Source: an uncultured Fidelibacterota bacterium (GTDB taxonomy: Bacteria > Fidelibacterota > Marinisomatia > Marinisomatales > UBA1611). From it: a stretch of 61,918 bases of DNA. The notes below the pieces were generated by a model that saw nothing but the letters and a program-made list of their open reading frames with translations, searched no databases and was not told the origin of the DNA. Location: NCBI GenBank assembly GCA_902559415.1, contig CACEHW010000002.1, positions 1 through 61,918 of the forward strand, in the 5' to 3' direction. Shown here piece by piece: positions 47,462 through 58,738 of this stretch; the stretch's first letter is position 1, and the number at the start of each line of letters is the position of its first letter. A program made the position numbers and the translations under genes.

Positions 47462-47551
47462 TGGAGAGAGAGGGATTCGAACCCTCGAATAGGCTATAAA
47501 CCCATTACTCCCTTAGCAGGGGAGCGCCTTCAGCCGCTCGGCCACCTCTCC
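47462..47551 (-). tRNA. tRNA-Ser (anticodon GCU)
   Basis: The minus strand reads GGAGAGGTGGCCGAGCGGCTGAAGGCGCTCCCCTGCTAAGGGAGTAATGGGTTTATAGCCTATTCGAGGGTTCGAATCCCTCTCTCTCCA. It folds by hand into a 7-bp acceptor stem, a D arm (GCC/GGC), an anticodon stem (CTCCC/GGGAG) with loop CTGCTAA, a long variable arm and a T arm (GAGGG-TTCGAAT-CCCTC). No CCA is encoded. Confidence 0.9.
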
Positions 47552-47681
47552 AAATAACAATTTTAACAAAGTGAAATTAGCATTTAAAGTTAAAATCATC
47601 AAAGATGATTATTAATAAATATTAATAATCATAAGTATAATAATAAGTAAATTTAATTATATTTACTTTAAGTATTACCTG

Positions 47682-48653
<972 letters not shown>

Positions 48654-48691
48654 TTACTCGATTGAATATAGATATATATAAAAAAGATGTG

Positions 48692-49918
48692 CTAGTCCAT
48701 ATTAGACACTATTTCATACCCGAACTCAGAACATTTAAGTTCTTCTGCTCCTTCCATCAATCGATGGAAATCATAGGTAACTTTTTTCAAACCAATTGCG
48801 CCTTCAATGCCTTTAACAATTAAATCAGCAGCTTCCTGCCAGCCTAGATACTCGAGCATCATTACTCCTGATAGAATAACAGAACTTGGGTTAACTTTAT
48901 CTTGTCCAGCATACTTTGGTGCTGTCCCATGTGTTGCTTCAAAAATAGCATGGCCACTAGTATAATTAATATTTGCGCCTGGCGCGATTCCTATACCACC
49001 AACAATAGCTGCCAGAGCATCAGAGATATAATCACCATTTAGGTTAAGAGTAGCGATGACATCATATTCAGAAGGTCTTAATAAAATTTGCTGTAAAAAT
49101 GCATCTGCTATAACATCTTTAATGATTAACTCATGGCCATCTTTTTTGATTATTTGCCAAGGTCCACCATCAAGGTCTTTGGAGCCGTAACCTTCTCTAG
49201 CAAGCTCATAACCCCAATCTCTAAAAGCCCCCTCGGTAAATTTCATAATATTTCCTTTATGCACAAGTGTAACCGAGTCTCTTTTTTGTTCTATAGCATA
49301 ATCAATAGCAGCTTTTACTAATCTCTCTGTACCTTCTTTTGATACTGGCTTGACACCTAAACTAGTCGTATCAGGAAATCTTATATTCTGAACACCTAGG
49401 TCTTCAATTAAAAACTTTTTTACTTTTTTAATACCTTCTGAACCATGCATCCACTCAATGCCAGCATAAATATCTTCTGTGTTTTCACGAAAAATAACCA
49501 TATCAACCATTTGAGGTTCTTTAACTGGGGATGGAACCCCTTTAAACCAACGTACAGGACGAACACACGCATATAAGTCAAGTTTTTGTCTCAAAGCGAC
49601 ATTTAGAGATCGAATACCTCCACCAATAGGAGTCGTAAGCGGTCCTTTAATTGCAATCTTATGATCTAAAATAGTATCTAGCGTCTCATTTGGAAGCCAC
49701 TCACCGTTGTTGTTAAATGCTTTTTCACCAGCTAAAACCTCTACCCACTCAATAGACTTCTCTCCATTATAAGCCATAGCAACAGCACTATCAAAAACAT
49801 TTGAGGCAGCAGCCCATATGTCAGCTCCTATACCATCACCTTCAATGAAAGGAATTCTTACATTATTAGGCACAGATAAACCACTATCTGTCATTTCTAC
49901 TTTTTTACTTTGCGACAT
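48692..49918 (-). CDS. icd: NADP-dependent isocitrate dehydrogenase
   Basis: 408 aa with [22 protein letters not shown] and NLNGDYISD. Confidence 0.95.
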   Translation of the reverse strand: MSQSKKVEMTDSGLSVPNNVRIPFIEGDGIGADIWAAASNVFDSAVAMAYNGEKSIEWVEVLAGEKAFNNNGEWLPNETLDTILDHKIAIKGPLTTPIGGGIRSLNVALRQKLDLYACVRPVRWFKGVPSPVKEPQMVDMVIFRENTEDIYAGIEWMHGSEGIKKVKKFLIEDLGVQNIRFPDTTSLGVKPVSKEGTERLVKAAIDYAIEQKRDSVTLVHKGNIMKFTEGAFRDWGYELAREGYGSKDLDGGPWQIIKKDGHELIIKDVIADAFLQQILLRPSEYDVIATLNLNGDYISDALAAIVGGIGIAPGANINYTSGHAIFEATHGTAPKYAGQDKVNPSSVILSGVMMLEYLGWQEAADLIVKGIEGAIGLKKVTYDFHRLMEGAEELKCSEFGYEIVSNMD

Positions 49919-49925
49919 TTCTAAA

Positions 49926-50189
49926 TCAACTTTCTATTTTTTTCTTAACTTTTTTATCTTTTTTCTTCGGCTTTACTTTTTTGTCATCCGAAGACTCACT
50001 CTTTTTATTTTTATAATCCGTTAAATAATAACCTGATCCTTTAAAAATCAAACCTGTTCCACCACTTATAACTCTTCTTAGACTATCTTTTTTGCAATCA
50101 GGGCACTCTTTCTTAGGAGCGTCCGACATCGATTGGAAATATTCATACATATTTTCACAATCATTGCATATGTAGTCGTATGTAGGCAT
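49926..50189 (-). CDS. FmdB-family zinc-ribbon protein with a Lys-rich tail
   Basis: [16 protein letters not shown]...ECPDCKK (CxxC...CxxC). The ATG at 50189 is preferred over the TTG at 50231. Confidence 0.75.
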   Translation of the reverse strand: MPTYDYICNDCENMYEYFQSMSDAPKKECPDCKKDSLRRVISGGTGLIFKGSGYYLTDYKNKKSESSDDKKVKPKKKDKKVKKKIES

Positions 50190-50234
50190 TACTATAGTTT
50201 TGTATAAATATCTAGATACAAAATTTAACAAAGA

Positions 50235-50714
50235 TTAAACATTATATCTGTCATATAATGCATCTTGGACACATTTTGGGACGTAATCAGAGATATCACC
50301 TCCTAGTCTAGCGACATCCTTAATAACTGTTGAATTAAGATGAATATATTTCTCATCTGGCATCATAAACAAAGATTTTATATTAGGGTTTAAATTAAAA
50401 TTCATCATAGCCATTTGAAACTCAAATTCAAAATCACTAACATGCCTTAATCCTCTAATTATAGCGACAGAATCGGTAGAACGAACAAAATCAACAATCA
50501 AACCCTCAAAAGTATCAACCCTAATATTTTTCACTTTTGAAAGACTTTTTTTTATTAGATCCACTCTCTCACCATCACTAAATAAAGGAGATTTTTCTTG
50601 ATTTACAGCAACAACTAAAATTAATTCATCAAATAATTCAGCTGCTTTTTTTGCAATATCTAAATGCCCGTTATGAATAGGGTCAAAAGTACCAGGATAT
50701 ACTATGCGTTTCAT
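50235..50714 (-). CDS. coaD: Phosphopantetheine adenylyltransferase
   Basis: YPGTFDPIHNGHLDI and the 159-aa size. Confidence 0.95.
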   Translation of the reverse strand: MKRIVYPGTFDPIHNGHLDIAKKAAELFDELILVVAVNQEKSPLFSDGERVDLIKKSLSKVKNIRVDTFEGLIVDFVRSTDSVAIIRGLRHVSDFEFEFQMAMMNFNLNPNIKSLFMMPDEKYIHLNSTVIKDVARLGGDISDYVPKCVQDALYDRYNV

Positions 50715-51223
50715 AATTTTGTAAAAAGTAAAACCTTGGTATCTCCATACACCTTTTCAATACAATTTTTGTAAGAGAAATTATTATTATTCATTTCAAC
50801 TATTAATTTACCATTTTTAGATAATTTTTCTATACAACTCTCAAATAACCAAGTATAGTCTATTTTACCATATGGGGGATCAGCAAAAATTAGATCATAA
50901 AATTCTTTAGATTGTTTAAAAAAGGATTCTACATTTTTTTTTAAAATAAGAATTTCAGCATTTTCAAATTTAGTTTTATTCTTGAATAATAGTTTCACAT
51001 TTTGAGAATTATTCTCGATAAAAGTTAGAGAATTAGCGCCTCTACTTATACATTCAAAACCTAAAATACCACTTCCTGAATACAAATCTAAAACATTTGA
51101 GAAATTAAAGGGACTAATCATATCAAAAAGGCTTTTTCGTATTCTTGACTTTGTTGGGCGATAAGAAGCACCCTTTTTTGTTTCGATACGAATACCCTTG
51201 TAGGTGCCGCCAAGTATTTTCAT
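50711..51223 (-). CDS. rsmD: 16S rRNA (guanine966-N2)-methyltransferase
   Basis: RPTKSRIRKSLFDM, LDLYSGSG and FADPPY. 4-nt overlap with coaD. Confidence 0.85.
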   Translation of the reverse strand: MKILGGTYKGIRIETKKGASYRPTKSRIRKSLFDMISPFNFSNVLDLYSGSGILGFECISRGANSLTFIENNSQNVKLLFKNKTKFENAEILILKKNVESFFKQSKEFYDLIFADPPYGKIDYTWLFESCIEKLSKNGKLIVEMNNNNFSYKNCIEKVYGDTKVLLFTKL

Positions 51224-51227
51224 TATA

Positions 51228-52961
51228 CTAGCTACTTAAAAAAGAAACGTAAAAGCCAGCCCTCGGGTCGGGTTTATCAACTTCATTAAATAAAACAAAT
51301 TTTCTTAGAAGAACTGTCGGTCCAGATCTAAGGAGTATATCTGCAGTTTTTCTAATATCCTCATCACCTCTAACCCAAACCAAAATTGGTTCATATATCC
51401 TATTTGTTTTATAAAATTGATCAAATTCTCGTATTGTGTAATCATTTATAGAAGTATCTAACTCAGTTAAAAAACTATCCTTGTTAATACCTATGCTTAT
51501 ATCGTTAGATTTATTTAAGTCAGGAAAATCAAAACTATAATACCATAAAAACATTGTACTATCAGACCCTGCTGACTCAACAGAGTAACTCGTTGTTTCA
51601 AGACCAACAATATGCTCAATGTCCGGATTTAATCCACTCATATATTCAAGACTAATAAATGTCCCAGTTATTGTGAGATTATTATATAGCTTAAGCTCAG
51701 TTGATTGAAAAAGTCTGGATACAACATTAGAAATTTCACGTGATTGCAAATGCATATTAATATCATAATCAACCATACCTTCAGATCGCTCTTTTAGATC
51801 TATAGGGTCAATTTTTTTTATAACATATTCTTCATTATCACCAAAAAGAGGCTTGTTTATACTTTCGCGGAATTTGATATAATTCATAGCAAAAAACAGT
51901 CCCATTATAACGATGAGTGCAAATAGAAGCCATACCATTTCGCCTCCAGATATTGGGTCAGTTTTTAGCTTCTTTGGTTTTGGCTTAGTTTCTGCTTTTG
52001 GTAATGAAAAAGGTTCTTTTTCAACATCTTTTTCTTCTGAAAATATTTCAGTAAATAAGAAATCAGAGATCTTCTCCTCTTCAAAAAAATTAAATGAATG
52101 TCTAGTACTAGCTCCGATTGCTAAACTAGTCAGAACATTTGATTCATAGTGATCGGTTGTATCAGAAATCGTACTAGTGAGCTTCATATCATCAAAAGGT
52201 GTCATAACTCTTAAATCAGAATTTTCCCAACATTTTAAAGCCTGTCTACCGAGTTTATCAGCACTGTAAACAGGTACATCATCTACATCTGATTGAATTA
52301 ACTTCAATGAACCTAAAGTGTATTCCTCTTCTTCTGTTGAAGAAATAAGTTTTGGTTGCCCAGAACTAAATGCAAGCAAACCATGATCAAACCTACAATT
52401 TTTAACCATTAAAAATTTATATTGGTTCTTATTTTTTAAAACCATCGCAGCATCAGATACGTGACCGGCATCTATAATTACTGAACTGTAAGGGCCCATC
52501 CAGTAGGGATTGCCGCCTAATTCAGATACAGATAACTTAATTGTTCTTATTAGAGTAGTTGAACATGCTACTGTATGAATATTAACCTCATCAGGGAGAT
52601 ATATTTGTCCAAATACAGACATTTTTTGAACAGGAGGTCTGTTTTTGTTTTTCTCAACCCAATTTATATAGTCCCAGTAATCTTCTCTAGCTAGGTCAAT
52701 TTCCGTTTCAATACAATCGTGAAAAATAAAATTATCTGATATTGCGACTGCAATATCTTGACCACTAAATGGTATTTTTTCAGATGCTCTCCTAAGAGCA
52801 ATACCTAAAATAGAATTTAAATCACCTTCTTTATATATAAGATTTGATATCGGGTCATTATAATCAATTTGTTTCACATTGTGTAGGGTAAGCCCACCAT
52901 TATCATCATCTGACCAAACACCAGCTATGAGAAACTTATCTGAAACAACGATACCAATCAT
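51228..52961 (-). CDS. Hypothetical bitopic membrane protein (cytoplasmic N-domain, one TM, C-terminal domain)
   Basis: 577 aa with a single TM (MVWLLFALIVIMGLFFAMNYI) near aa 340 after a K/P-rich linker. A PilM/N-like arrangement is only a speculation. Confidence 0.45.
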   Translation of the reverse strand: MIGIVVSDKFLIAGVWSDDDNGGLTLHNVKQIDYNDPISNLIYKEGDLNSILGIALRRASEKIPFSGQDIAVAISDNFIFHDCIETEIDLAREDYWDYINWVEKNKNRPPVQKMSVFGQIYLPDEVNIHTVACSTTLIRTIKLSVSELGGNPYWMGPYSSVIIDAGHVSDAAMVLKNKNQYKFLMVKNCRFDHGLLAFSSGQPKLISSTEEEEYTLGSLKLIQSDVDDVPVYSADKLGRQALKCWENSDLRVMTPFDDMKLTSTISDTTDHYESNVLTSLAIGASTRHSFNFFEEEKISDFLFTEIFSEEKDVEKEPFSLPKAETKPKPKKLKTDPISGGEMVWLLFALIVIMGLFFAMNYIKFRESINKPLFGDNEEYVIKKIDPIDLKERSEGMVDYDINMHLQSREISNVVSRLFQSTELKLYNNLTITGTFISLEYMSGLNPDIEHIVGLETTSYSVESAGSDSTMFLWYYSFDFPDLNKSNDISIGINKDSFLTELDTSINDYTIREFDQFYKTNRIYEPILVWVRGDEDIRKTADILLRSGPTVLLRKFVLFNEVDKPDPRAGFYVSFLSS

Positions 52962-52976
52962 GATATATTTAGCTAT

Positions 52977-53732
52977 CTAATCCCAGCTTCGATTTCCATC
53001 ATTAATCTCACCATGACCTGATGATTTAAGTGAAAAAATCAAAAACCTTGGATCTTTATAAGGGTTTTCTTTTGTTATAGGACTCTTTACCTTGAATTTT
53101 TTGTTTTCATTATCAATATTTATAAAATACTGATCACCGCTTAATGGACAATTAAAAATATTTGAGTCGGGAATGAAAGTCTTATAATACTCAACCAACT
53201 CAACACGTTTAAGTGGCTCCTCACCAAGATTTGCTACGAAATTTGGGTCTTGACTGTATGTTTCTAAGAACTTTTTTTGAGTAAAACTTGTATCATTTCT
53301 TCCAAGTTCTTGAGAGAACATTACAATCTGAACTGTTGTATCAAGAATAGTATCTCTCCTATAACTTTTAAACCCAAAAGTAGTATCATAATTAAATCCA
53401 AACGTTTCATTTATATCAACGTTATACTCCCTACCAAACAGTGTAAGAGACTGTTCACCTACATATAAGGAATCACCTAAAAGCGAGTCTCTCGCAGAGT
53501 TAACTACTTTCATAGCCTCATAAAAATTTGGATTATATGACCCAGTCAGTTGTTCATAAAAAGATTCTACATCATAGATATTCTTCATGTTAAACCGACT
53601 TGATTTTTCATACTCTTGCTCTTCTGACCAGATAGATACTGGTGCATATATAACAAAAATAAGAAAAAGAAATGCTAGAAGTGTAAAAAGCTCTAAAGCA
53701 TCTGATAATTTTTTCTGTTCTAATTTTGACAT
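52977..53732 (-). CDS. Hypothetical N-terminally anchored protein
   Basis: 251 aa with N-terminal hydrophobic LELFTLLAFLFLIFVIYAPVSIW. Confidence 0.45.
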   Translation of the reverse strand: MSKLEQKKLSDALELFTLLAFLFLIFVIYAPVSIWSEEQEYEKSSRFNMKNIYDVESFYEQLTGSYNPNFYEAMKVVNSARDSLLGDSLYVGEQSLTLFGREYNVDINETFGFNYDTTFGFKSYRRDTILDTTVQIVMFSQELGRNDTSFTQKKFLETYSQDPNFVANLGEEPLKRVELVEYYKTFIPDSNIFNCPLSGDQYFINIDNENKKFKVKSPITKENPYKDPRFLIFSLKSSGHGEINDGNRSWD

Positions 53733-53851
53733 GTAACGTTATTTTTCCGTATTAGTTATAACAATTTTCGACAACAATAGCACTCAATATTAATAAACCA
53801 ATAGGCATTGAGGTTATTATTTTCTTAAAAATGATAAAAGAATTATTATGA

Positions 53852-54940
53852 CTATAAATCTATCTTTGAGTAAGGGTTTTTTATTTGGCTTAGTTCATTT
53901 CGAAGTGACTCAATAATTTTTTTACTACCTCTAGATAATGAACTAGGAGTTTCAACAACTACTCGAACAATTTGGTCACCTTTTGAAGAGCTTCTAAGCA
54001 TTGGAAAACCTTTTCCTCTCATTCTTAAAAGTTTACCAGATTGGATACCTGGAGGAATTTTTAATGTTGATTTGCCATCAAGAGTAGGGATTTCAATTTT
54101 ATTTCCAAAAACAGCATCAGGGTAACTAATAGTAAGTTCTATAAAAATATTTTCACTATCTCGAACAAAATATTGATGGGGTTTCTCTTCAAATACAACA
54201 AGTAAATCGCCAGCGTTACCCAACACGTTTTCATTTCCTTGCCCCTCGACAGTCATATAATTACCAGATTCAACTCCGGCAGGAACTTTTATACTTATTG
54301 TTTTATCTTTTTTAATCATACCATCTGGACCAACACCACTAGGTCTTTTGCCCACAGTTTTTCCATTACCACCGCATCTGGGGCACACACTAGTTTGTTG
54401 CATTCTCCCTAGAACGGTATTAGCAATTTGAGTGACTTGACCTTGCCCTTGACAGGTTGAACAGGTAGTAAATTCTACACCATCAGCTACCACAGATCGT
54501 TTTACTTTAATTTTCTTTTCTACACCTTTATTTATTTCCTCATAATGAAGCGATAATTTTATTCTTATATCTGCTCCTTTTACTCTACCACCTCTTTGTC
54601 TTCCTCCACCAAAAATATCACCAAAAGGACTTCCTCCACCAAAAATATCACCAAATTGAGAAAAAATATCATCCATGTTCATGTGAACTCCACCACCAAA
54701 TCCAGCACCTTGGGAACCCATTCCTACACCAGCATGACCAAACTGATCATATTGACTTCTTTTTTGGTCATTACTTAATACACTATATGCTTCAGCAGCT
54801 TCTTTGAAGTTTTTTTCAGCCTGCTCATTTCCAGGATTCTTATCTGGATGGAACTTTAGTGCAAGTTTTCTGTATGCTTTTTTTATTTCATCAGCAGATG
54901 AGTCTTTGGAAACGCCAAGTACATCGTAAAAATCTCTCAT
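53852..54940 (-). CDS. dnaJ: Molecular chaperone DnaJ
   Basis: J domain with HPDKN, a G/F region, and four CxxCxG zinc-finger motifs. Confidence 0.95.
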   Translation of the reverse strand: MRDFYDVLGVSKDSSADEIKKAYRKLALKFHPDKNPGNEQAEKNFKEAAEAYSVLSNDQKRSQYDQFGHAGVGMGSQGAGFGGGVHMNMDDIFSQFGDIFGGGSPFGDIFGGGRQRGGRVKGADIRIKLSLHYEEINKGVEKKIKVKRSVVADGVEFTTCSTCQGQGQVTQIANTVLGRMQQTSVCPRCGGNGKTVGKRPSGVGPDGMIKKDKTISIKVPAGVESGNYMTVEGQGNENVLGNAGDLLVVFEEKPHQYFVRDSENIFIELTISYPDAVFGNKIEIPTLDGKSTLKIPPGIQSGKLLRMRGKGFPMLRSSSKGDQIVRVVVETPSSLSRGSKKIIESLRNELSQIKNPYSKIDL

Positions 54941-55482
54941 TTCTTGTTCACAATCACTTTTGCATGACGGATGACCTTATCATGATATCTATATCCTTTT
55001 TCAAAAACACTCAAAATAGTATTATCATCTTTCTTTTTATCTTGCTGAGTCATCATCGCATCATGCAGTTCTGGGTCTAGAGGCTCACCCTCTTCACCAA
55101 AAGGCTCAATGCTCTTATTCTCAAAAAAACGTTCTATTTTTGTTCGTAGCAAGTTGATACCATCAACCAATGAATCTTCATTTTTTTTGTCTGAACTTTC
55201 TGCAGACTCTACCATCCTGTTTAAATCATCAAATATTGGTAAAACTTCTTTTAAAACGCTCTCACCATCATACTGTAAAAGAGAGGAAATTTCTTTATTT
55301 TTTCGTTTTCGAAAATTTTCGAATTCAGCTTTGAGTCTTATGTGTTTGTCTGTAAGAATATCAAAATCTTTTTTAAAGCTAGTCTTTTTTGTATTTGCTT
55401 TTTTAGTTTTTGAATCTTGTTTCTTTTTAGTAGTCTGCTTTTTTGTCTTAGCAGTTTTCTTTTCTGTCAAAATGGACTCCAA
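54937..55482 (-). CDS. grpE: Nucleotide exchange factor GrpE (Lys-rich N-terminus)
   Basis: RLKAEFENFRKR and C-terminal GYRYHDKVIRHAKV. 4-nt overlap with dnaJ. Confidence 0.9.
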   Translation of the reverse strand: MESILTEKKTAKTKKQTTKKKQDSKTKKANTKKTSFKKDFDILTDKHIRLKAEFENFRKRKNKEISSLLQYDGESVLKEVLPIFDDLNRMVESAESSDKKNEDSLVDGINLLRTKIERFFENKSIEPFGEEGEPLDPELHDAMMTQQDKKKDDNTILSVFEKGYRYHDKVIRHAKVIVNKK

Positions 55483-55535
55483 TTAGTAATATTTAATAAA
55501 TTGTTAATTCTATCAGTATAATATTGAAAATGAGA

Positions 55536-56408
55536 TTATTTCATCACACCTGATACAGCTCTATAACTACCCAGTACAGAAATTATACCAGAAAGCAAAG
55601 TAAGCCATAAAAACAATATGGGAGCTATTGTGAGTTCAATATTCCAACTTGTAAAGTTATCAATAACATAGTTAGCACCGTTAATAGTGGCTATAATTAG
55701 AGGAACTGAAATAATGGTGGCTAAAATTCCATCTATTAATCCTTCAAAAATAAATGGCATTTGAATAAATAATTTAGTGGCACCGATTAATTTTAATGAG
55801 TTAATGAGTTCTTTTCGAGAATAAATAGAGAGTTTAACAGTGTTATAAATCACAAGTACAGCTACAGTAATAAACACCATAGCTACCCAAGGAAACACTT
55901 TCATAAAGCGTGAGTAGGTACGTTCTATCTTTTTAATTAGATGACCCTGGTACCTTACCTCTTCTACACCTTCCATTCTTTTTATATCATTTACAATAGG
56001 CGTCGCATTCAATAATTCTTCAGAATTTCTTTTTAGATTTACTACTGCACTGATAGGCAATGGATTATATCCCAGTATGCTAAGGATATCTTCTCCAAAT
56101 TGATCTTTGAAAATTCTAACTGCATCATCCTTATTTATAACGGTTGAAGAACGTACTCCTTTTATTTCAAGAATAGAATCAGATACTTTTTTCGCCATTT
56201 TCAAATCTACATTTTGCTTGAAAAAAACTTCGATCTTATACTTAGATCTTAGGTACTGAAGTATAGATCTTGTATTTTCTCCCGCAGTAGCTAATAACCC
56301 AACAAAATACAATGCAAGAAACAATGAAAACACAGCCGTAAAGGTAGTCATTTTATGTCGCCAGACATTCTTTAGACCTTCGGAAACTAAATATAAAAAT
56401 TTATCCAC
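55536..56408 (-). CDS. ftsX: Cell division permease-like protein FtsX
   Basis: 290 aa with one TM, a periplasmic domain, then three TMs. 1-nt overlap with ftsE. Confidence 0.8.
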   Translation of the reverse strand: MDKFLYLVSEGLKNVWRHKMTTFTAVFSLFLALYFVGLLATAGENTRSILQYLRSKYKIEVFFKQNVDLKMAKKVSDSILEIKGVRSSTVINKDDAVRIFKDQFGEDILSILGYNPLPISAVVNLKRNSEELLNATPIVNDIKRMEGVEEVRYQGHLIKKIERTYSRFMKVFPWVAMVFITVAVLVIYNTVKLSIYSRKELINSLKLIGATKLFIQMPFIFEGLIDGILATIISVPLIIATINGANYVIDNFTSWNIELTIAPILFLWLTLLSGIISVLGSYRAVSGVMK

Positions 56409-57061
56409 TAACTACCTCGCAACAAACCATCTTTTAGCTCAATGATTCTACGCCCTCTACCCTTAATTAAATTATAATTATGAGAGGCCATTAATATTGT
56501 AGTTCCATTGTTATTAATAGTCTCTAATAGTTGAACTAGCTCAAATGCAGCTACAGGGTCAAGATTGCCGGTTGGCTCATCCGCTAGAATTAGAGCAGGT
56601 TCTTTTACAATGGCACGAGCTAATGTGACCCTTTGCTTTTCTCCACCAGAAAGTTCATGAGGATAGTGTGTTCTTTTTCCTTCAAAACCAACCATGTCAA
56701 GAGCATCCTCAACTCTATATGAAATTTCACTTGCATCACAACCAACGACATGTAAAGGTAAAGCAACATTATGAAACACATTCCGGTCATTCAACAAGTG
56801 ATAATCCTGAAAGACCATACCAATATCTCGCCTTAATGAAGGAACATGGCTTTTTTTCATCTTTTCAGATCGAAAATTTCCAACACTTAACTTTCCTGAA
56901 TCACAAAAAAGATCAAAATAAATAAGTCTCATAAGTGTCGTTTTACCTGATCCAGTTGGGCCTATTAAGAAAACAAATTCACCTTCATCAATTGAAAAAG
57001 AAAGATTTGTAACGCCTCTACCTTTTTGGTGGGTATAAGATACATTTTGAAAATCTATCAT
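56408..57061 (-). CDS. ftsE: Cell division ATP-binding protein FtsE
   Basis: Walker [10 protein letters not shown], signature LSGGEKQR and Walker [13 protein letters not shown]. Confidence 0.9.
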   Translation of the reverse strand: MIDFQNVSYTHQKGRGVTNLSFSIDEGEFVFLIGPTGSGKTTLMRLIYFDLFCDSGKLSVGNFRSEKMKKSHVPSLRRDIGMVFQDYHLLNDRNVFHNVALPLHVVGCDASEISYRVEDALDMVGFEGKRTHYPHELSGGEKQRVTLARAIVKEPALILADEPTGNLDPVAAFELVQLLETINNNGTTILMASHNYNLIKGRGRRIIELKDGLLRGS

Positions 57062-57206
57062 ATGGTTAAATTAGTTATATATTATCTTTAGAAAAAGCAT
57101 AGAAGGCTATCTGTAAGCAAAATACATATAATTATGAATATAAATACTCTAAAATGTGCTTAAATTTCTTAAGAACAATTAATGTATTTGTAAAAAGGAT
57201 AATTTT

Positions 57207-58148
57207 TTGAACTTAGTAGTAGATCTGTTTTTAGTAACAATTTCGATTGTAATGCTCTGGAAAGGTGCTGACTGGCTCGTTGAATCTGCTGCGGAAATTG
57301 CACATTCATTAAAAATCTCTGACCTGGTAATTGGCCTAACAGTTGTTGCTTTTGGTACATCAGCACCAGAATTTGCTGTGACTATAAGAGCAGCTATAAC
57401 AGGACAGACTGATATATCTATTGGCAATGTTGTCGGATCTAATATATTCAACCTTGGTTTTATCTTAGGTGGCACTGCAATGATCAGGGCAATTAACATT
57501 ACTCCTAAACTTCTTTACAGAGACGGTACATTTCTACTTCTCGCAACCATATTAATATATATTCTTTTCTTTGGATTTAATGGATGGGATATTGCTGATG
57601 CCATATCTGTTACAGAGGGAGCTATCCTTTTTATTGCATTAATTGGTTATATTATTTTCTTGTTTATCAAAAAAGAAACAATTGAAGAAACACATCCAGA
57701 ATCTGCAAACCTACAATCTTATTTATGGTTTGGGATTGGTCTTATTTCAATTGTACTTGGAGGTCACTTGATGGTTGAACATGCTTCTTCACTAGCACGT
57801 GCATTTGGTGTCTCAGATTGGGTTATTGCAGTGACTATTGTTGCAGCAGGAACATCAGCCCCTGAATTAGCGACATCTCTGACAGCAGCATTTAAAGAGA
57901 AGCACGGGATGGCCATAGGGAATCTTATAGGAAGCGATTTATTTAATTTATTAGGTGTACTTGGTTTAGCAGGAATAATTAACCCTACAAGTATACAGTC
58001 AGATATTCATTCAAGTATTGTTGTACTAATTATTATGGTTTCTATGGTACTAATAATGATGAGAACTAACTGGCAAATAAGTAGGTTGCAAGGTACAGTA
58101 CTTGTAACTCTTAATTTAGTGAGGTGGTATCTAGACTTCGCTGGATAA
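57207..58148 (+). CDS. Ca2+/Na+ antiporter (CaCA / YrbG family)
   Basis: Two alpha-repeats, GTSAPEFAV and GTSAPELAT. 313 aa, TTG start. Confidence 0.85.
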   Translation: MNLVVDLFLVTISIVMLWKGADWLVESAAEIAHSLKISDLVIGLTVVAFGTSAPEFAVTIRAAITGQTDISIGNVVGSNIFNLGFILGGTAMIRAINITPKLLYRDGTFLLLATILIYILFFGFNGWDIADAISVTEGAILFIALIGYIIFLFIKKETIEETHPESANLQSYLWFGIGLISIVLGGHLMVEHASSLARAFGVSDWVIAVTIVAAGTSAPELATSLTAAFKEKHGMAIGNLIGSDLFNLLGVLGLAGIINPTSIQSDIHSSIVVLIIMVSMVLIMMRTNWQISRLQGTVLVTLNLVRWYLDFAG

Positions 58149-58156
58149 ACTATTAT

Positions 58157-58738
58157 TTATCTACTGTATAAATTGTTTTTATTAATATAGTCCCAAATTG
58201 GTAGAGTGACCATATACCGAATCGTCAAATCCTCTACCCACCTAGATCTAATTTTAGATGAGGATAATTCAAATCTAGGTATATTTGCAAAATGAACATC
58301 TTTTAAGATCCAATGCGGTATATCACTTGGTCTAAACCCAGGCCTAATTGCGACTATGACTTTAGCCTCTTTTAAAATCTCTCTTGGCTTTTTCCAATTT
58401 TTAAGATCAATTAAACTATCACTACCTATCAAATAGTATATTTCGTCTTTTTTAACTTTTAATTTCTTTTTTATATCAATGATAGAATCGATTGAATAAG
58501 AGGTCCCTTTTCTAATTACATCGACATCTGAATATTCAAACTTAGGATTATCTTTAATCGCTATTTTGACCATATTAATTCTATGATCTATTCTTGTAAT
58601 ACCATTTTTATGCGCAGGAGAATATGCTGGTATAAAAAGAATTTTATCAAAGTTCTCAGCTTCACAAACAGTTTGAGCTATAAGCAGATGCCCAATATGA
58701 GGAGGATCAAAAGTACCCCCGAATAAACATATTTTCAT
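58157..58738 (-). CDS. nadD: Nicotinate-nucleotide adenylyltransferase
   Basis: FGGTFDPPHIGHL and SSSKIR. Confidence 0.9.
   Translation of the reverse strand: MKICLFGGTFDPPHIGHLLIAQTVCEAENFDKILFIPAYSPAHKNGITRIDHRINMVKIAIKDNPKFEYSDVDVIRKGTSYSIDSIIDIKKKLKVKKDEIYYLIGSDSLIDLKNWKKPREILKEAKVIVAIRPGFRPSDIPHWILKDVHFANIPRFELSSSKIRSRWVEDLTIRYMVTLPIWDYINKNNLYSR

Noticed and set aside
53775-53800. TAGCACTC half-site resembling the CIRCE heat-shock operator
   Set aside because: Only one arm is present; no GAGTGCTAA follows 9 nt later. It also lies downstream of dnaJ rather than upstream of grpE.
54596-54660. Direct repeat of about 27 nt (cttcctccaccaaaaatatcaccaaa, twice)
   Set aside because: It encodes the duplicated FGDIFGGG motif of the DnaJ G/F-rich region, an ordinary low-complexity coding repeat.
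57169-57499. Minus-strand ORFs 57169..57366 and 57179..57499
   Set aside because: They lie antisense to the well-supported CaCA antiporter gene, which has two GTSAPE alpha-repeats.
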